In this document: one piece after another, positions 1 through 9,389 of the stretch
Layout: the number at the start of each line of letters is the position of its first letter
How positions within the stretch are numbered: the first letter of the stretch is position 1
Assembly (NCBI RefSeq): GCF_000008385.1
Contig: NC_006833.1
Location: forward strand, 270,001 to 302,000
Direction: 5' to 3'
DNA from: Wolbachia endosymbiont strain TRS of Brugia malayi
GTDB taxonomy: Bacteria > Pseudomonadota > Alphaproteobacteria > Rickettsiales > Anaplasmataceae
Length of the DNA: 32,000 nt
Program-made: the position numbers and the translations under genes
The notes under the pieces: model-generated
Database searches by the model: none
What the model saw: the letters and a program-made list of their open reading frames with translations, nothing else
What the model was told of the DNA's origin: nothing

Positions 1-32
1 ATTGTTGGAGGTTTTCATAGTCTTTCCAATCG

Positions 33-1730
33 ATGAATATTTTTAAACGGATTTCCTCCTTAATTTTGAGCAAATTAGATAAGTTGAAGCAAGGGGTATC
101 AAGTGTAACAAATTTTATTGTGGAGCCTCCAAGCAATAGAGCACATGGTGATATTTACACAAATATTGCTATGGTGCTCGCAAAGCACGAAAAGAAGAAA
201 CCTGTGGAAATTGCAGAGGTTTTAGCCAAAGAGTTTGCACTGTTTGATGAGATTGCAAGGGTAGAAATAGCTGGCCCTGGTTTCATTAATATGCACTTAA
301 AAATAGAAGTATGGCATGGGATTTTAGAGCAAATAAACGAGCTAAAGACGGAGTTTGGCACTCTTAACATTGGAAATAACCAGGCTATCAATGTTGAATT
401 TGTATCTGCAAATCCAACCGGCCCACTGCATATTGGTCATGCAAGAGGTGCAGTGTTTGGTGATGTTCTAACAAATTTACTAAAAAAAGTTGGTTATAGG
501 GTCACTAAAGAGTACTACATTAATGATGCCGGAGCACAGATAGATACGCTAGTTCGGTCGGTGTATTTACGATATAAAGAAGCCCTGGGAGAAAAAATTA
601 GCATTGAAAAAGGCTTATACCCTGGTGAATATTTAAAGCCAATAGGAGAGGAGCTAGCCAAAAAATACGGCAGAGAGCTTCTAGAAAAGCAAGATAATCG
701 AGTAATTAGAGAATACACTTTAAGCTCTATCTTAGAACTAATAAAGGAAGGCATGAACTTGCTTGGAGTAAGTCATGATGTCTTTACTTCAGAGTATGAG
801 CTACAAAAAAGTGGTAAGATCGAGAAAAGCATAAAGCTGTTGTCTGATAAGGGCTTAGTATATGAAGGATACCTAGAAAAACCAAAAAGTAAAGAGAGTG
901 AAAACTGGACTTCCAGAAAAGAGATGTTATTTCGTTCTACAGAGTTTGGTGATGATGTTGATCGTGCACTGAAAAAAGAGGACGGCAGTTGGACTTATTT
1001 TGCCTCAGATATTGCTTACCATTTCGATAAGATATCACGTGGTTTCAACAATATGATAGTAGCACTCGGTAGTGATCATGGTGGCTACATCAAAAGGTTA
1101 AAAGCGGTTATCTCTGCGCTGAGTGATAATCAAGCAAAAATAGAGGTAAAACTTCATAACGTTGTGAATTTTTTTGAGAATGGAAAACCCGTTAAGATGT
1201 CTAAAAGATCAGGAAACTTCCTGACAGTAAGGGATGTGGTAGAAGAAGTCGGTAGGGATATTACTCGTTTTATAATGCTAACGCGCAAGAACGACATGGT
1301 TCTTGACTTTGATTTTACTAAAGTTAAAGAGCAATCAAAAGACAATCCTATTTTTTATGTGCAATATGCGCACGTTCGTGCTCATTCATTGATGCGCAAC
1401 GCTCCAAAAGAGCTCCCAAAAGCGAATCCTTCACTCCTAAAGACTAATGGAGAGCTCTTCCTCATAAAAACCTTGGCAAAGTGGCCAGATGTAGTAGAAA
1501 CTGCAGCAAGGCTTTGTGAGCCGCACAGAATCACTTTCTATTTGCTTGAAGTTGCAGAAGCATTTCACATTTTATGGGGTTATGGCAAGAGTGATTTAAA
1601 TATGCGGTTCATACTGGAGGACAACCCAAACCTCACCGCTGCAAGAATGTTTCTCGTACAAGCCTTAGTACACGTCATCGCTTCTGGACTTTCCATGTTT
1701 AACATAGAGCCTTTGGAAGAGATGAAGTAA
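33..1730 (+). CDS. argS: arginine--tRNA ligase
   Basis: 565-aa ORF. Class I synthetase HIGH motif sits in 'SANPTGPLHIGHARGAVFGD'. ArgRS-typical 'FYVQYAHVRAHS' and a C-terminal anticodon-binding-like region are present. Confidence 0.95.
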   Translation: MNIFKRISSLILSKLDKLKQGVSSVTNFIVEPPSNRAHGDIYTNIAMVLAKHEKKKPVEIAEVLAKEFALFDEIARVEIAGPGFINMHLKIEVWHGILEQINELKTEFGTLNIGNNQAINVEFVSANPTGPLHIGHARGAVFGDVLTNLLKKVGYRVTKEYYINDAGAQIDTLVRSVYLRYKEALGEKISIEKGLYPGEYLKPIGEELAKKYGRELLEKQDNRVIREYTLSSILELIKEGMNLLGVSHDVFTSEYELQKSGKIEKSIKLLSDKGLVYEGYLEKPKSKESENWTSRKEMLFRSTEFGDDVDRALKKEDGSWTYFASDIAYHFDKISRGFNNMIVALGSDHGGYIKRLKAVISALSDNQAKIEVKLHNVVNFFENGKPVKMSKRSGNFLTVRDVVEEVGRDITRFIMLTRKNDMVLDFDFTKVKEQSKDNPIFYVQYAHVRAHSLMRNAPKELPKANPSLLKTNGELFLIKTLAKWPDVVETAARLCEPHRITFYLLEVAEAFHILWGYGKSDLNMRFILEDNPNLTAARMFLVQALVHVIASGLSMFNIEPLEEMK

Positions 1731-1816
1731 ATAAAAAAATATAAAAAAACTCTAACCCACTTGTGTATTAAGCTGCAACCGTATAACGTTTCTCTTTCCT
1801 GCTGTTGATGATTATT

Positions 1817-2952
1817 TTACCTGTTGTAACTACTGCTAAAATAAAGCGATAATACACCTTGGGTTAATAAAGAAATAGGTGGCACGGAAGCTATACTACC
1901 TGCCAGCAATAGTTGAGAACCATAAGGTAAGATGTCTTTTATAGTAGAGTAAAAATATCCAGTAAGTATACACTCATTACAGTACAATATTATGCTCTGT
2001 GCAAGTCTTTTTGTAATATTATCACTTAGTGAAATATCTATGGTGTTATTAGCAACTAAAATAGTAAACATAGATGCTGTACCTGCTATAAACTGTTGTT
2101 ATTTTGTTTACTTTTTTAAAACTACCTTGTATGTCATTAGAATATTAAATTACAGTATAGTCAGGAAAAGTTGTTCCTAGTACACCAGCAATAATTATGT
2201 TTACAGTTGTTGTCGCTAGAGTGCTCTCTTTAAACAAACCCATAATCATTAGAGAAACATAGGGAATAACTTTTGCTATTGATAAATAATCTAAATTAGA
2301 TGTAAGAACAAATTCTATACTATGTGAGGTAACTGCTGGTAGATAAGTGTTATAATGCTTGAAATAAACGCAACTTTTAAATTTGCTTTAAGTTTTTCTC
2401 TTACCAAAGCTCCTTGTGAAGAAATAGATGCAATAGTAGTATCAGATTATAATTGAAAGGTTGTCACTAAGTACAGCATCACCTACCCAGCCGCAGTTCC
2501 TATTTCAAGATCAAAAGCTCCATTTTTCGCTAAGTTAACAGCCATTGGTACCATTAATGCAATAACTTCCATAGATCTGCTAATTGCAGTTGAAATAAAA
2601 GCGTAGGCTAAAAATATTCCAGGCAGTAGTAATTTTGCTAGAGGAAAGTTAAGAATTAAGTTAGCAACAGTATCTGCGCTACTAATTGATTGAGTAATTG
2701 CAGAAAGTGCTCTGGAAGACAGAAAAGTTAAACACATAGTAAGAGCGTTTTTATTACCCATGCCCTCGATAACAGTAATTGAAGTTGCGCTGAATCTTAT
2801 TTATACTAGGGAGATGGCAGAAAAAAAAGTGCTGGTAACAAGTAGATTACTGGTGAAACTTGATGAAGTGGATTGCTAATTCCGATAAAGGAAAAATAAG
2901 TACCACTTCAAAGATACAACATAAAAAATAACTAGAGAAAAAAAAGCTGTCA
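1817..2952 (-). pseudogene. Degraded multi-pass membrane transporter (ion-transporter/permease-like), broken into several frames
   Basis: Only short hydrophobic ORF pieces remain: 1817-2071, 2483-2761, and unlisted pieces such as 'NLDYLSIAKVIPYVSLMIMGLFKESTLATTTVNIIIAGVLGTTFP' and 'MTAFFSLVIFYVVSLKWYLFFLY' starting at 2952. They lie in different frames on the same strand and are separated by stops. Family not resolved. Confidence 0.5.
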
Positions 2953-3241
2953 TTTTACTGTACTTAAAACTTAGAAAGTGTAACTAGTTAAGTGGGCTTT
3001 TTAAGCAAGCACTAATATTTGGGTTTCGCTAATCATGCAGGAAACCGACAGCAGAGTTTTGAACTCTATATTCAATCTGTTTGCTAGATGGTACATGTAG
3101 TTCTTGACAATAGATCCTACTAAGCTCCAGCTCCGCTTACTGAAATGACATCCTAACAAGTGATTTCGTAGAGTATATTTTGTGCTATACTTTCTTATGT
3201 CATGCAAATAACTGACACTGGTGTTTATCCAAATAGAGTAA

Positions 3242-4411
3242 ATGGGGAATATAAAAACCATATCAGTAAAAGATAATAACGTTAGACTAGACAGGTACAT
3301 CAGAAGAATCTTTCCCAATTTAAAGCAATCCGTAATTGAGAAGTCTTTAAGGAGAGGACTGATCAAAGTTAATGACTGCAAAGCTAAGTCTAGTGATAGA
3401 GTAAACTCTGGACAAATTATAACGATAAAATACTTAGATTATATTGAAAACGCTAATTCTGACTGTAAACATAATGAAAAGTTGGTAGAGCTGTTAAGAA
3501 GCAACATATTATATGAGGACGAATATATATTAGCCATTAACAAACCTGCAGGAGTAATTGTTCAAGGTGGCATAAAAGTAAAGATTAGTATTAGTGATTT
3601 GCTTGATCAAGTCAGAGAGGGAGAAACATTTAAAATTGTCCATAGACTAGATAGAGACACAAGTGGAGCAATAATATTTGCACGTAATGCTAATGTTGCC
3701 AGATACCTTATGGAGGAATTTAAAGGACGGAGAGTAAAAAAAACTTACTTAGCATTAACCTCTGGCATACCAAGTAAGAATAGAGGAGTAATAGACTACC
3801 CATTGGTGAAGAAATATGTTTCAGGCCAAGAGAAAGTGGTCATTGACAAAAATTCACCCCAGGATGCCACTACGCGTTTTTCGATTATAGCAAAATTTAA
3901 ACTCAATAAACCTCTCGTGCAACGCCCTATTATTCAAGTAGCTGATACACAGCTGTACGAACATTGTAATTTAAGTCTATCAAGAGTGTGTCATCTAAGC
4001 AGCCTTTCTTCCTGTTACTCCAGTGCTCTCCTTTGTCATCTCAGTGCCCCGATACTGGTATCCAGCAAAACTGATCATAAACAAGCACACTATACAACAT
4101 TTTCAATCAAAAAACTGGATTCCAGTATCATGTGCCGGAATGACACCAGATCGGTTGCTTATTTAAAATTACAGCCAATTACCGGCAGAACTCATCAGTT
4201 GCGCACACATTTAGCCTATATAAACTGTCCTATTCTTGGTGACGGTAAATATGGTGGTAAAAAAGCTTTTGTTGATGGCATAGCGAGTAAAATCCATCTC
4301 CACTCATATTCTTTATCTTTAAAACTACCAAATAATAAAAAAATCACTATTACTGCCCCTCTCCCTGAGCACATCAAAAAGTCCATTGAAGCACTACACA
4401 CTCCCTTTTGA
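3242..4411 (+). CDS. rluC: RluC/RluA-family 23S rRNA pseudouridine synthase with N-terminal S4 domain, carrying a ~84-aa in-frame insertion
   Basis: The S4-like N-terminus is 'VRLDRYIRRIF...'. The catalytic motif is 'HRLDRDTSGAIIFARN', and the conserved 'ITGRTHQLRTHLA' follows. The segment between 'TRFSIIAKF' and 'SVAYLKLQPITGRTHQ' is about 84 aa longer than I recall for E. coli RluC. Confidence 0.85.
   Translation: MGNIKTISVKDNNVRLDRYIRRIFPNLKQSVIEKSLRRGLIKVNDCKAKSSDRVNSGQIITIKYLDYIENANSDCKHNEKLVELLRSNILYEDEYILAINKPAGVIVQGGIKVKISISDLLDQVREGETFKIVHRLDRDTSGAIIFARNANVARYLMEEFKGRRVKKTYLALTSGIPSKNRGVIDYPLVKKYVSGQEKVVIDKNSPQDATTRFSIIAKFKLNKPLVQRPIIQVADTQLYEHCNLSLSRVCHLSSLSSCYSSALLCHLSAPILVSSKTDHKQAHYTTFSIKKLDSSIMCRNDTRSVAYLKLQPITGRTHQLRTHLAYINCPILGDGKYGGKKAFVDGIASKIHLHSYSLSLKLPNNKKITITAPLPEHIKKSIEALHTPF
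3899..4150. repeat. Palindromic-repeat (RPE/WPE-like) insertion, 252 bp, in frame within rluC
   Basis: The imperfect inverted repeat is 'gtcatctcagtgccccgatactggtatccag' (4035-4065) versus the reverse complement of 'ctggattccagtatcatgtgccggaatgac' (4115-4144). The same motif family recurs at 10893-10935, 26636-26660 and 31054-31283. The length is a multiple of 3 and it contains no stop codon. Confidence 0.7.
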
Positions 4412-4443
4412 GTAACAAATGCTAGCTTGCAAAGCAGTGGCTT

Positions 4444-4660
4444 AAAAAAAGGCAAAAGAAGTCCTGTGGTGGCTAGTTATTTACTATGTACTTTCAATAT
4501 TAGCGTTTTTTATTCCAAACGCTTAATGATTAGCTGCTTTTTAAATTGCGACTAACCTTTAGCTGTAAATATTTAAGAAATTTACTAAGTAAAAAAAAGG
4601 CAAAAAAATCCCCGTGGTAGCTGGTTATCCATTATCATTTTATCAGTTGGCGTTTTTTTA
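4444..4660. repeat. Two diverged direct copies (~70 bp each, ~147-bp period) of an intergenic repeat
   Basis: Copy 1 (4444-4512) reads 'aaaaaaaggcaaaagaagtcctgtggtggctagttatttactat...tagcgtttttt'. Copy 2 (4591-4660) reads 'aaaaaaaaggcaaaaaaatccccgtggtagctggttatccattat...ttggcgttttttt'. They lie between the convergent rluC and pdhA. Confidence 0.6.
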
Positions 4661-4871
4661 ATGTTTTTAGCGCTCAGCAAGCACGATTTACAGCACTAGC
4701 TAATAATGTAGACAATAATATAAAAGACATGAGGTGCACACAATGCAAAAAATTAAACATGAGACGCCAGATATGTTAAGTTTTTTTCGTTTGATCTGTA
4801 CAGAGAAGGTAAATAACTAACTTCAGTGTTATGGGAGCTGGCGAAGTTTATCAAAGAATTTTATGTTTAAT

Positions 4872-5861
4872 CTACAATGAACGACTGGCAGACTTGTAAA
4901 CGTCAGTATATAGCTCATCAATGTTTGGCTCTTCACTATTTTTGGAAAAACCTTCTGACTTTTTCACTAAATCACGTATTTCCTTGTCAATTGCTTTACA
5001 TTCTTCCTCTGAAGCAATTTTATTATCTATAATGCACTTCTTTAAAGTGCTTATAGGATCATGATTTTGCTTCATATCTTCAACTTCTTCTTTCGAACGA
5101 TAAGTAGCAGGATCTGACATCGAATGGCCGCGATATCGATATGTCTCCATTTCAAGTAAAATAGGTCCTTTTCCGCTACGCGCGTACTCAGCTGCTTCGC
5201 TTGTAGCCGCATAAACAGAAAAGAAATCCATTCCATTAACTTGCTTCCCAGGAATACCAAAACTCTCCCCTCTCTTATATAGCTCAGTTACTAAAGTTGA
5301 CCTTTGCACGGAGGTTCCCATCGCATATTCGTTATTTTCTATGATGTAAACCACAGGTAACTTCCACAAAGATGCCATATTAAATGATTCATACACTTGC
5401 CCTTGATTTGCAGCACCATCACCAAAATACGTGAATACCACATTATCTTTTTTCTTATATCTATTAGCAAATGCTATTCCTGTGCCAATTGGAACTTGTG
5501 CACCCACTATTCCATGTCCACCAAAGAATTGCTTTTCAACATCAAATATATGCATTGAGCCACCTTTACCTTTTGAACACCCAGTTTCTTTACCGGTCAG
5601 CTCTGCCATCACAACATCTGGATTGGAGTCACATGCAAGCATTAAACCATGGTCCCTATAACTTGTGACAAAAGCATCACCAGGTCTTGATGCAGCGTAA
5701 GTCCCAACTGCAACTGCTTCTTGTCCTATTGATAGATGACAAAATCCACCTATTAGTCCCATTCCATATAATTGCCCTGCCTTTTCCTCAAATCTGCGTA
5801 TGAGTAGCATTTTTCTGTAAAATTCAATTACCTGCTCTTTAGTGAAATTTTCTGCTTTCAT
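4872..5861 (-). CDS. pdhA: pyruvate dehydrogenase E1 component, alpha subunit
   Basis: 329-aa ORF with a TPP-binding region 'YFGDGAANQGQVYESFNMASLWKLPVVYIIENNEYAMGT' and 'YRYRGHSMSDP', typical of heterotetrameric E1-alpha. Confidence 0.93.
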   Translation of the reverse strand: MKAENFTKEQVIEFYRKMLLIRRFEEKAGQLYGMGLIGGFCHLSIGQEAVAVGTYAASRPGDAFVTSYRDHGLMLACDSNPDVVMAELTGKETGCSKGKGGSMHIFDVEKQFFGGHGIVGAQVPIGTGIAFANRYKKKDNVVFTYFGDGAANQGQVYESFNMASLWKLPVVYIIENNEYAMGTSVQRSTLVTELYKRGESFGIPGKQVNGMDFFSVYAATSEAAEYARSGKGPILLEMETYRYRGHSMSDPATYRSKEEVEDMKQNHDPISTLKKCIIDNKIASEEECKAIDKEIRDLVKKSEGFSKNSEEPNIDELYTDVYKSASRSL

Positions 5862-5927
5862 CTTGATTTCTTTTTCGTTAAACTGAGATAATATCAGAAA
5901 TTTTTAATATCTTGTAACAATATCTAC

Positions 5928-6356
5928 ATGGATTATTACCACTGGCTCGAGGCTTTTCATATTATTTCCGTCATTATGTGGATGGCAGGTATGCTTTATT
6001 TGCCTAGGCTGTATGTTTACCACGCAACTGTAAAGCCAGGATCAGAAAGTGACAGCTTACTTCAAACAATGGAAAGGAGATTTTTAAGATACATCATAAA
6101 CCCTGCAATGCTTTTTTCACTCAGTTTTGGGATTGCATTAATGATTATTAGGGAAGCGTACCGCGAAGGGTGGTTTCATGTAAAAGCACTAGCATTGTTT
6201 TTTATGTTTGGTATTCATGGGCTACTTGCAATGCACAGGAAGAAGTTTGCAATGGGTTCAAATGAAAAGAATCACGTTTATTTTCGCGTTTTAAATGAGA
6301 TGGTAACGGTATTGATAATAATCATAGTTATTATGATTGTTGTGAAGCCGTTTTAG
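5928..6356 (+). CDS. hemJ: HemJ-type protoporphyrinogen IX oxidase (CopD/UPF0093-like membrane protein)
   Basis: 142-aa protein with four hydrophobic segments. The N-terminus 'YHWLEAFHIISVIMWMAGMLYLPRLYVYH' matches the HemJ family signature as I recall it. Confidence 0.75.
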   Translation: MDYYHWLEAFHIISVIMWMAGMLYLPRLYVYHATVKPGSESDSLLQTMERRFLRYIINPAMLFSLSFGIALMIIREAYREGWFHVKALALFFMFGIHGLLAMHRKKFAMGSNEKNHVYFRVLNEMVTVLIIIIVIMIVVKPF

Positions 6357-6403
6357 TGGATACTGTTTATGTGAAATATGTTTGTCAAGAAAAACCAGAA
6401 ACA

Positions 6404-9025
6404 ATGGAAGAAAAGTTAATATACTACTTTAGTCAGGACAAATGTGAAGGGAATGCAGAAATGAAAAGTCTGCTAGGAGGGAAGGGAGCAAATCTAGCAG
6501 AAATGTGTAACATTGGTATTCCCGTTCCACCTGGTTTTACAATTTCCACTTCTGCTTGTAAAAGTTATTACCAAGGTAATGGACTATCTGACGACCTATG
6601 TAGCACAATCAAAGAATACATGACAATGCTCGAAAATGATATTGGTTGCAAATTTGGAGATTCAAATAATCCCTTATTAGTTTCAATACGTTCCGGTAGT
6701 GTTAATTCAATGCCGGGCATGCTCGATACAATTTTAAACGCTGGCTTAAATGATACAACCGTCATTGGTCTTGCAAAAAAAAGCGGAGAACGTTTTGCTT
6801 ACGATAGCTACTGCCGTTTCATCATGATGTATTCCAATGTTGTATTACAACTCGACCACCAACTATTTCAAAGCATTATTGATAACGAACGACAAAAAAA
6901 TGGAGCAAAAAGTTTAGCTGATCTTAATGTTGATGTTTTAAAGAGGATTGTTTGCGATTTCAAAAAGATAGTGCATGAAAAAACAGAGAAACATTTTCCG
7001 CAGGACATTGAAGAGCAGCTGCTAAGCTCAGTAAATGCAGTGTTCGCTTCTTGGCAAAATGAAAGAGCTGTTTCCTATAGAAAAATACATAATATTCCTG
7101 AAAACCTTGGAACTGCAGTTAATGTACAAGCGATGGTTTTTGGTAATCTGAATAATAATTCCGCAACTGGTGTGATATTTACACGCAATCCTTCAACTGG
7201 AGAAAAAAAATGTTTTGGTGAATTCTTGGTCAATGCTCAAGGTGAAGATGTGGTTTCTGGTGTCTATACTCCTATACCGATTAATGGGAAGCAAGAAAAC
7301 ACCATGGAAAAGTTAATGTTAAGCGTTTATCAAGAATTATGTGAGGTATGTAAAAAACTTGAGGTGCACTATAAAGACATGCAAGATATCGAATTTACTG
7401 TGCAGGGCGGCAAGTTATGGATTCTACAAACTAGATCTGGTAAGCGTACAGCTGAAGCTACTGTTCGTATAACAGTTGATATGGTAAACGAAGGAACAAT
7501 TACAAAAGAAGAAGGAATACTAAAAATCGATCCAAAAATTTTTGATAATTTATTACATCCAGTCCTCGAAGCTAGAGGCGATCAAAAAGTAATAGGGAAG
7601 GGACTGCCAGCTTCTCCAGGTGTTGCTTCAGGATATGTAGTTTTCAGCGCAAGTGATGCGGAAAAAGCTGCAGAACAGGGCAAAAAAATAATTTTAGTAA
7701 GGCTAGAAACGAGCTCTGAAGATATCAACGGAATGAATGCTGCAAGTGGTATAATAACAGCACGAGGAGGAATGACTTCGCATGCTGCCGTTGTAACCCG
7801 CGGGATGGGTAAACCATGCATTTGCAGTGTAAATGGACTTCATATCGATAAAAACGGAAATTTCTTTTCTGTAGGAGATACAACAGTAAATAAAGGGGAA
7901 CCAATAACCATCAATGGAGGAACAGGTGAAGTTATGCTCGGCATCCTTCCCACAATTTTACCTGAGTTGTCGCAAGAATTCAAAACGATAATTAACTGGA
8001 TAGATGAAACTAAAATGATTAAAGTGAGAGCGAATGCTGATACTCCAAAAGATGCAAAAATTGCTAAAGAATTCGGTGCTGAAGGCATAGGTTTATGCCG
8101 TACAGAGCATATGTTTTTTGCTAGTAACAGGATTGAGTTCATTCAAAGATTGATAATAGCTGATGACAAAACCGAAAGAGCAAGTGCATTAAGCAAGTTA
8201 GAGGAAATGCAAAAGTCCGATTTCAAAGAGATATTTTCCATTATGGGGGGCAGGGAGGTTACTATACGTTTGCTTGATCCACCTCTACATGAGTTTTTAC
8301 CCGATAATCAATCTACTATAGAAAAGATTGCTAAATCACTGAATAAGTCAGTTGAATCAGTAAAAAACAAAATAGTACAGTTATCAGAAAAAAACCCAAT
8401 GCTTGGCCACCGAGGCTGCAGGCTTGCCATTTCTCATCCTGAAATATATAGCATGCAAACCAGGGCAATACTTAGTGCCGTGGACGAGTTAAAGAAGGAA
8501 AAAAAGGCAGAAGTTAAGCCAGAAATTATGATTCCTTTTATCATGAGCGAAAAAGAGTTTATCTTGATATGCGAGTTATTAAAAAAAGAGGCTAAAAATT
8601 TCGATGTGAACTATTCAATTGGAACGATGATAGAGCTACCACGGGCAGCACTGATTGCTGATAAGTTAGCAAAATATGCAGAGTTTTTTAGTTTTGGCAC
8701 TAATGATTTAACGCAAACAACTATGGGGCTCTCAAGAGATGATTCAGTTAGTTTCCTCAATTCTTATAAAGAAAATAATATATTTGAAAACGATCCATTT
8801 GAAGTACTAGATGTCGAAGGGGTAGGGGAGTTAATTAAAATAGCTATTGAAAGAGGGAAAAAAACCCGAAAAGAAATTAAACTTGGTGTATGTGGAGAGC
8901 ACGGAGCAGATCCAAGATCCATAGAGTTTCTTATCAAGTCAGGGGTAAGTTACATCTCATGTTCACCTTATAGAGTACCAATTGCAAAGCTTGTGGCGGC
9001 TCAGAAATCTAAGTGTGTTGGATAA
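6404..9025 (+). CDS. ppdK: pyruvate, phosphate dikinase
   Basis: Large ORF with an N-terminal 'GGKGANLAEM' ATP-grasp region. The phosphohistidine region is 'GGMTSHAAVVTRGMGKPC'. The PEP-utilising C-terminus contains 'GLCRTEHMF' and 'FSFGTNDLTQ'. ATG 6404 ('MEEKLIYYF') is preferred over the upstream GTG at 6356, which overlaps the hemJ stop. Confidence 0.93.
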   Translation: MEEKLIYYFSQDKCEGNAEMKSLLGGKGANLAEMCNIGIPVPPGFTISTSACKSYYQGNGLSDDLCSTIKEYMTMLENDIGCKFGDSNNPLLVSIRSGSVNSMPGMLDTILNAGLNDTTVIGLAKKSGERFAYDSYCRFIMMYSNVVLQLDHQLFQSIIDNERQKNGAKSLADLNVDVLKRIVCDFKKIVHEKTEKHFPQDIEEQLLSSVNAVFASWQNERAVSYRKIHNIPENLGTAVNVQAMVFGNLNNNSATGVIFTRNPSTGEKKCFGEFLVNAQGEDVVSGVYTPIPINGKQENTMEKLMLSVYQELCEVCKKLEVHYKDMQDIEFTVQGGKLWILQTRSGKRTAEATVRITVDMVNEGTITKEEGILKIDPKIFDNLLHPVLEARGDQKVIGKGLPASPGVASGYVVFSASDAEKAAEQGKKIILVRLETSSEDINGMNAASGIITARGGMTSHAAVVTRGMGKPCICSVNGLHIDKNGNFFSVGDTTVNKGEPITINGGTGEVMLGILPTILPELSQEFKTIINWIDETKMIKVRANADTPKDAKIAKEFGAEGIGLCRTEHMFFASNRIEFIQRLIIADDKTERASALSKLEEMQKSDFKEIFSIMGGREVTIRLLDPPLHEFLPDNQSTIEKIAKSLNKSVESVKNKIVQLSEKNPMLGHRGCRLAISHPEIYSMQTRAILSAVDELKKEKKAEVKPEIMIPFIMSEKEFILICELLKKEAKNFDVNYSIGTMIELPRAALIADKLAKYAEFFSFGTNDLTQTTMGLSRDDSVSFLNSYKENNIFENDPFEVLDVEGVGELIKIAIERGKKTRKEIKLGVCGEHGADPRSIEFLIKSGVSYISCSPYRVPIAKLVAAQKSKCVG

Positions 9026-9123
9026 GCGGAAAACAATAGCAAATGGTACGTACTATTCCAGGGCGTACTGCACGAATTGCAATATTTCAGAATAAATGTA
9101 TACCAAAAATGCAAAAAAAACAC

Positions 9124-9152
9124 TTGACAAATCTTACCAGCCTCTTTATTAT
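9124..9152 (+). promoter_or_regulatory. Near-consensus sigma70-type promoter (TTGACA-N17-TATTAT) in an ORF-free region
   Basis: The sequence is 'ttgaca aatcttaccagcctctt tattat'. There is no convincing plus-strand ORF downstream before the IS end at 9390. Confidence 0.3.
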
Positions 9153-9389
9153 AAATAATAAAGTTGTTTTGTAATTCAAAGTCTAGGTGTATATTTAATT
9201 TCTATGGTATTTTTCCTATATTCTTTCTAGATTTTTTTTGTAGTAGAGTTGGTTTATTGTACCTAATATTATGTGTTGTACTTATCAAGCGTTTAAGGCA
9301 GTATAGAACACCAATTTTCAGGATTAGAAAGTAAATAACTATCTACTATGCGGATTTTTTTACCTTTTTTCTACTTATTAAATTTCTTA

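Noticed and set aside
3001-3381. 126-aa minus-strand ORF overlapping the rluC start
   Set aside because: It overlaps the rluC 5' end in antisense and has no recognisable motif. It is likely spurious.
4444-4660. Possible CRISPR array or tandem satellite
   Set aside because: There are only two diverged copies with a long non-repetitive spacer, and no cas genes. It does not qualify.
7582-8142. 79-aa and 100-aa minus-strand ORFs inside ppdK, and similar short antisense ORFs inside argS, pdhA, aprD, tsaD, purM and trmD
   Set aside because: All are embedded antisense in strongly supported genes and lack motifs. They are shadow ORFs.
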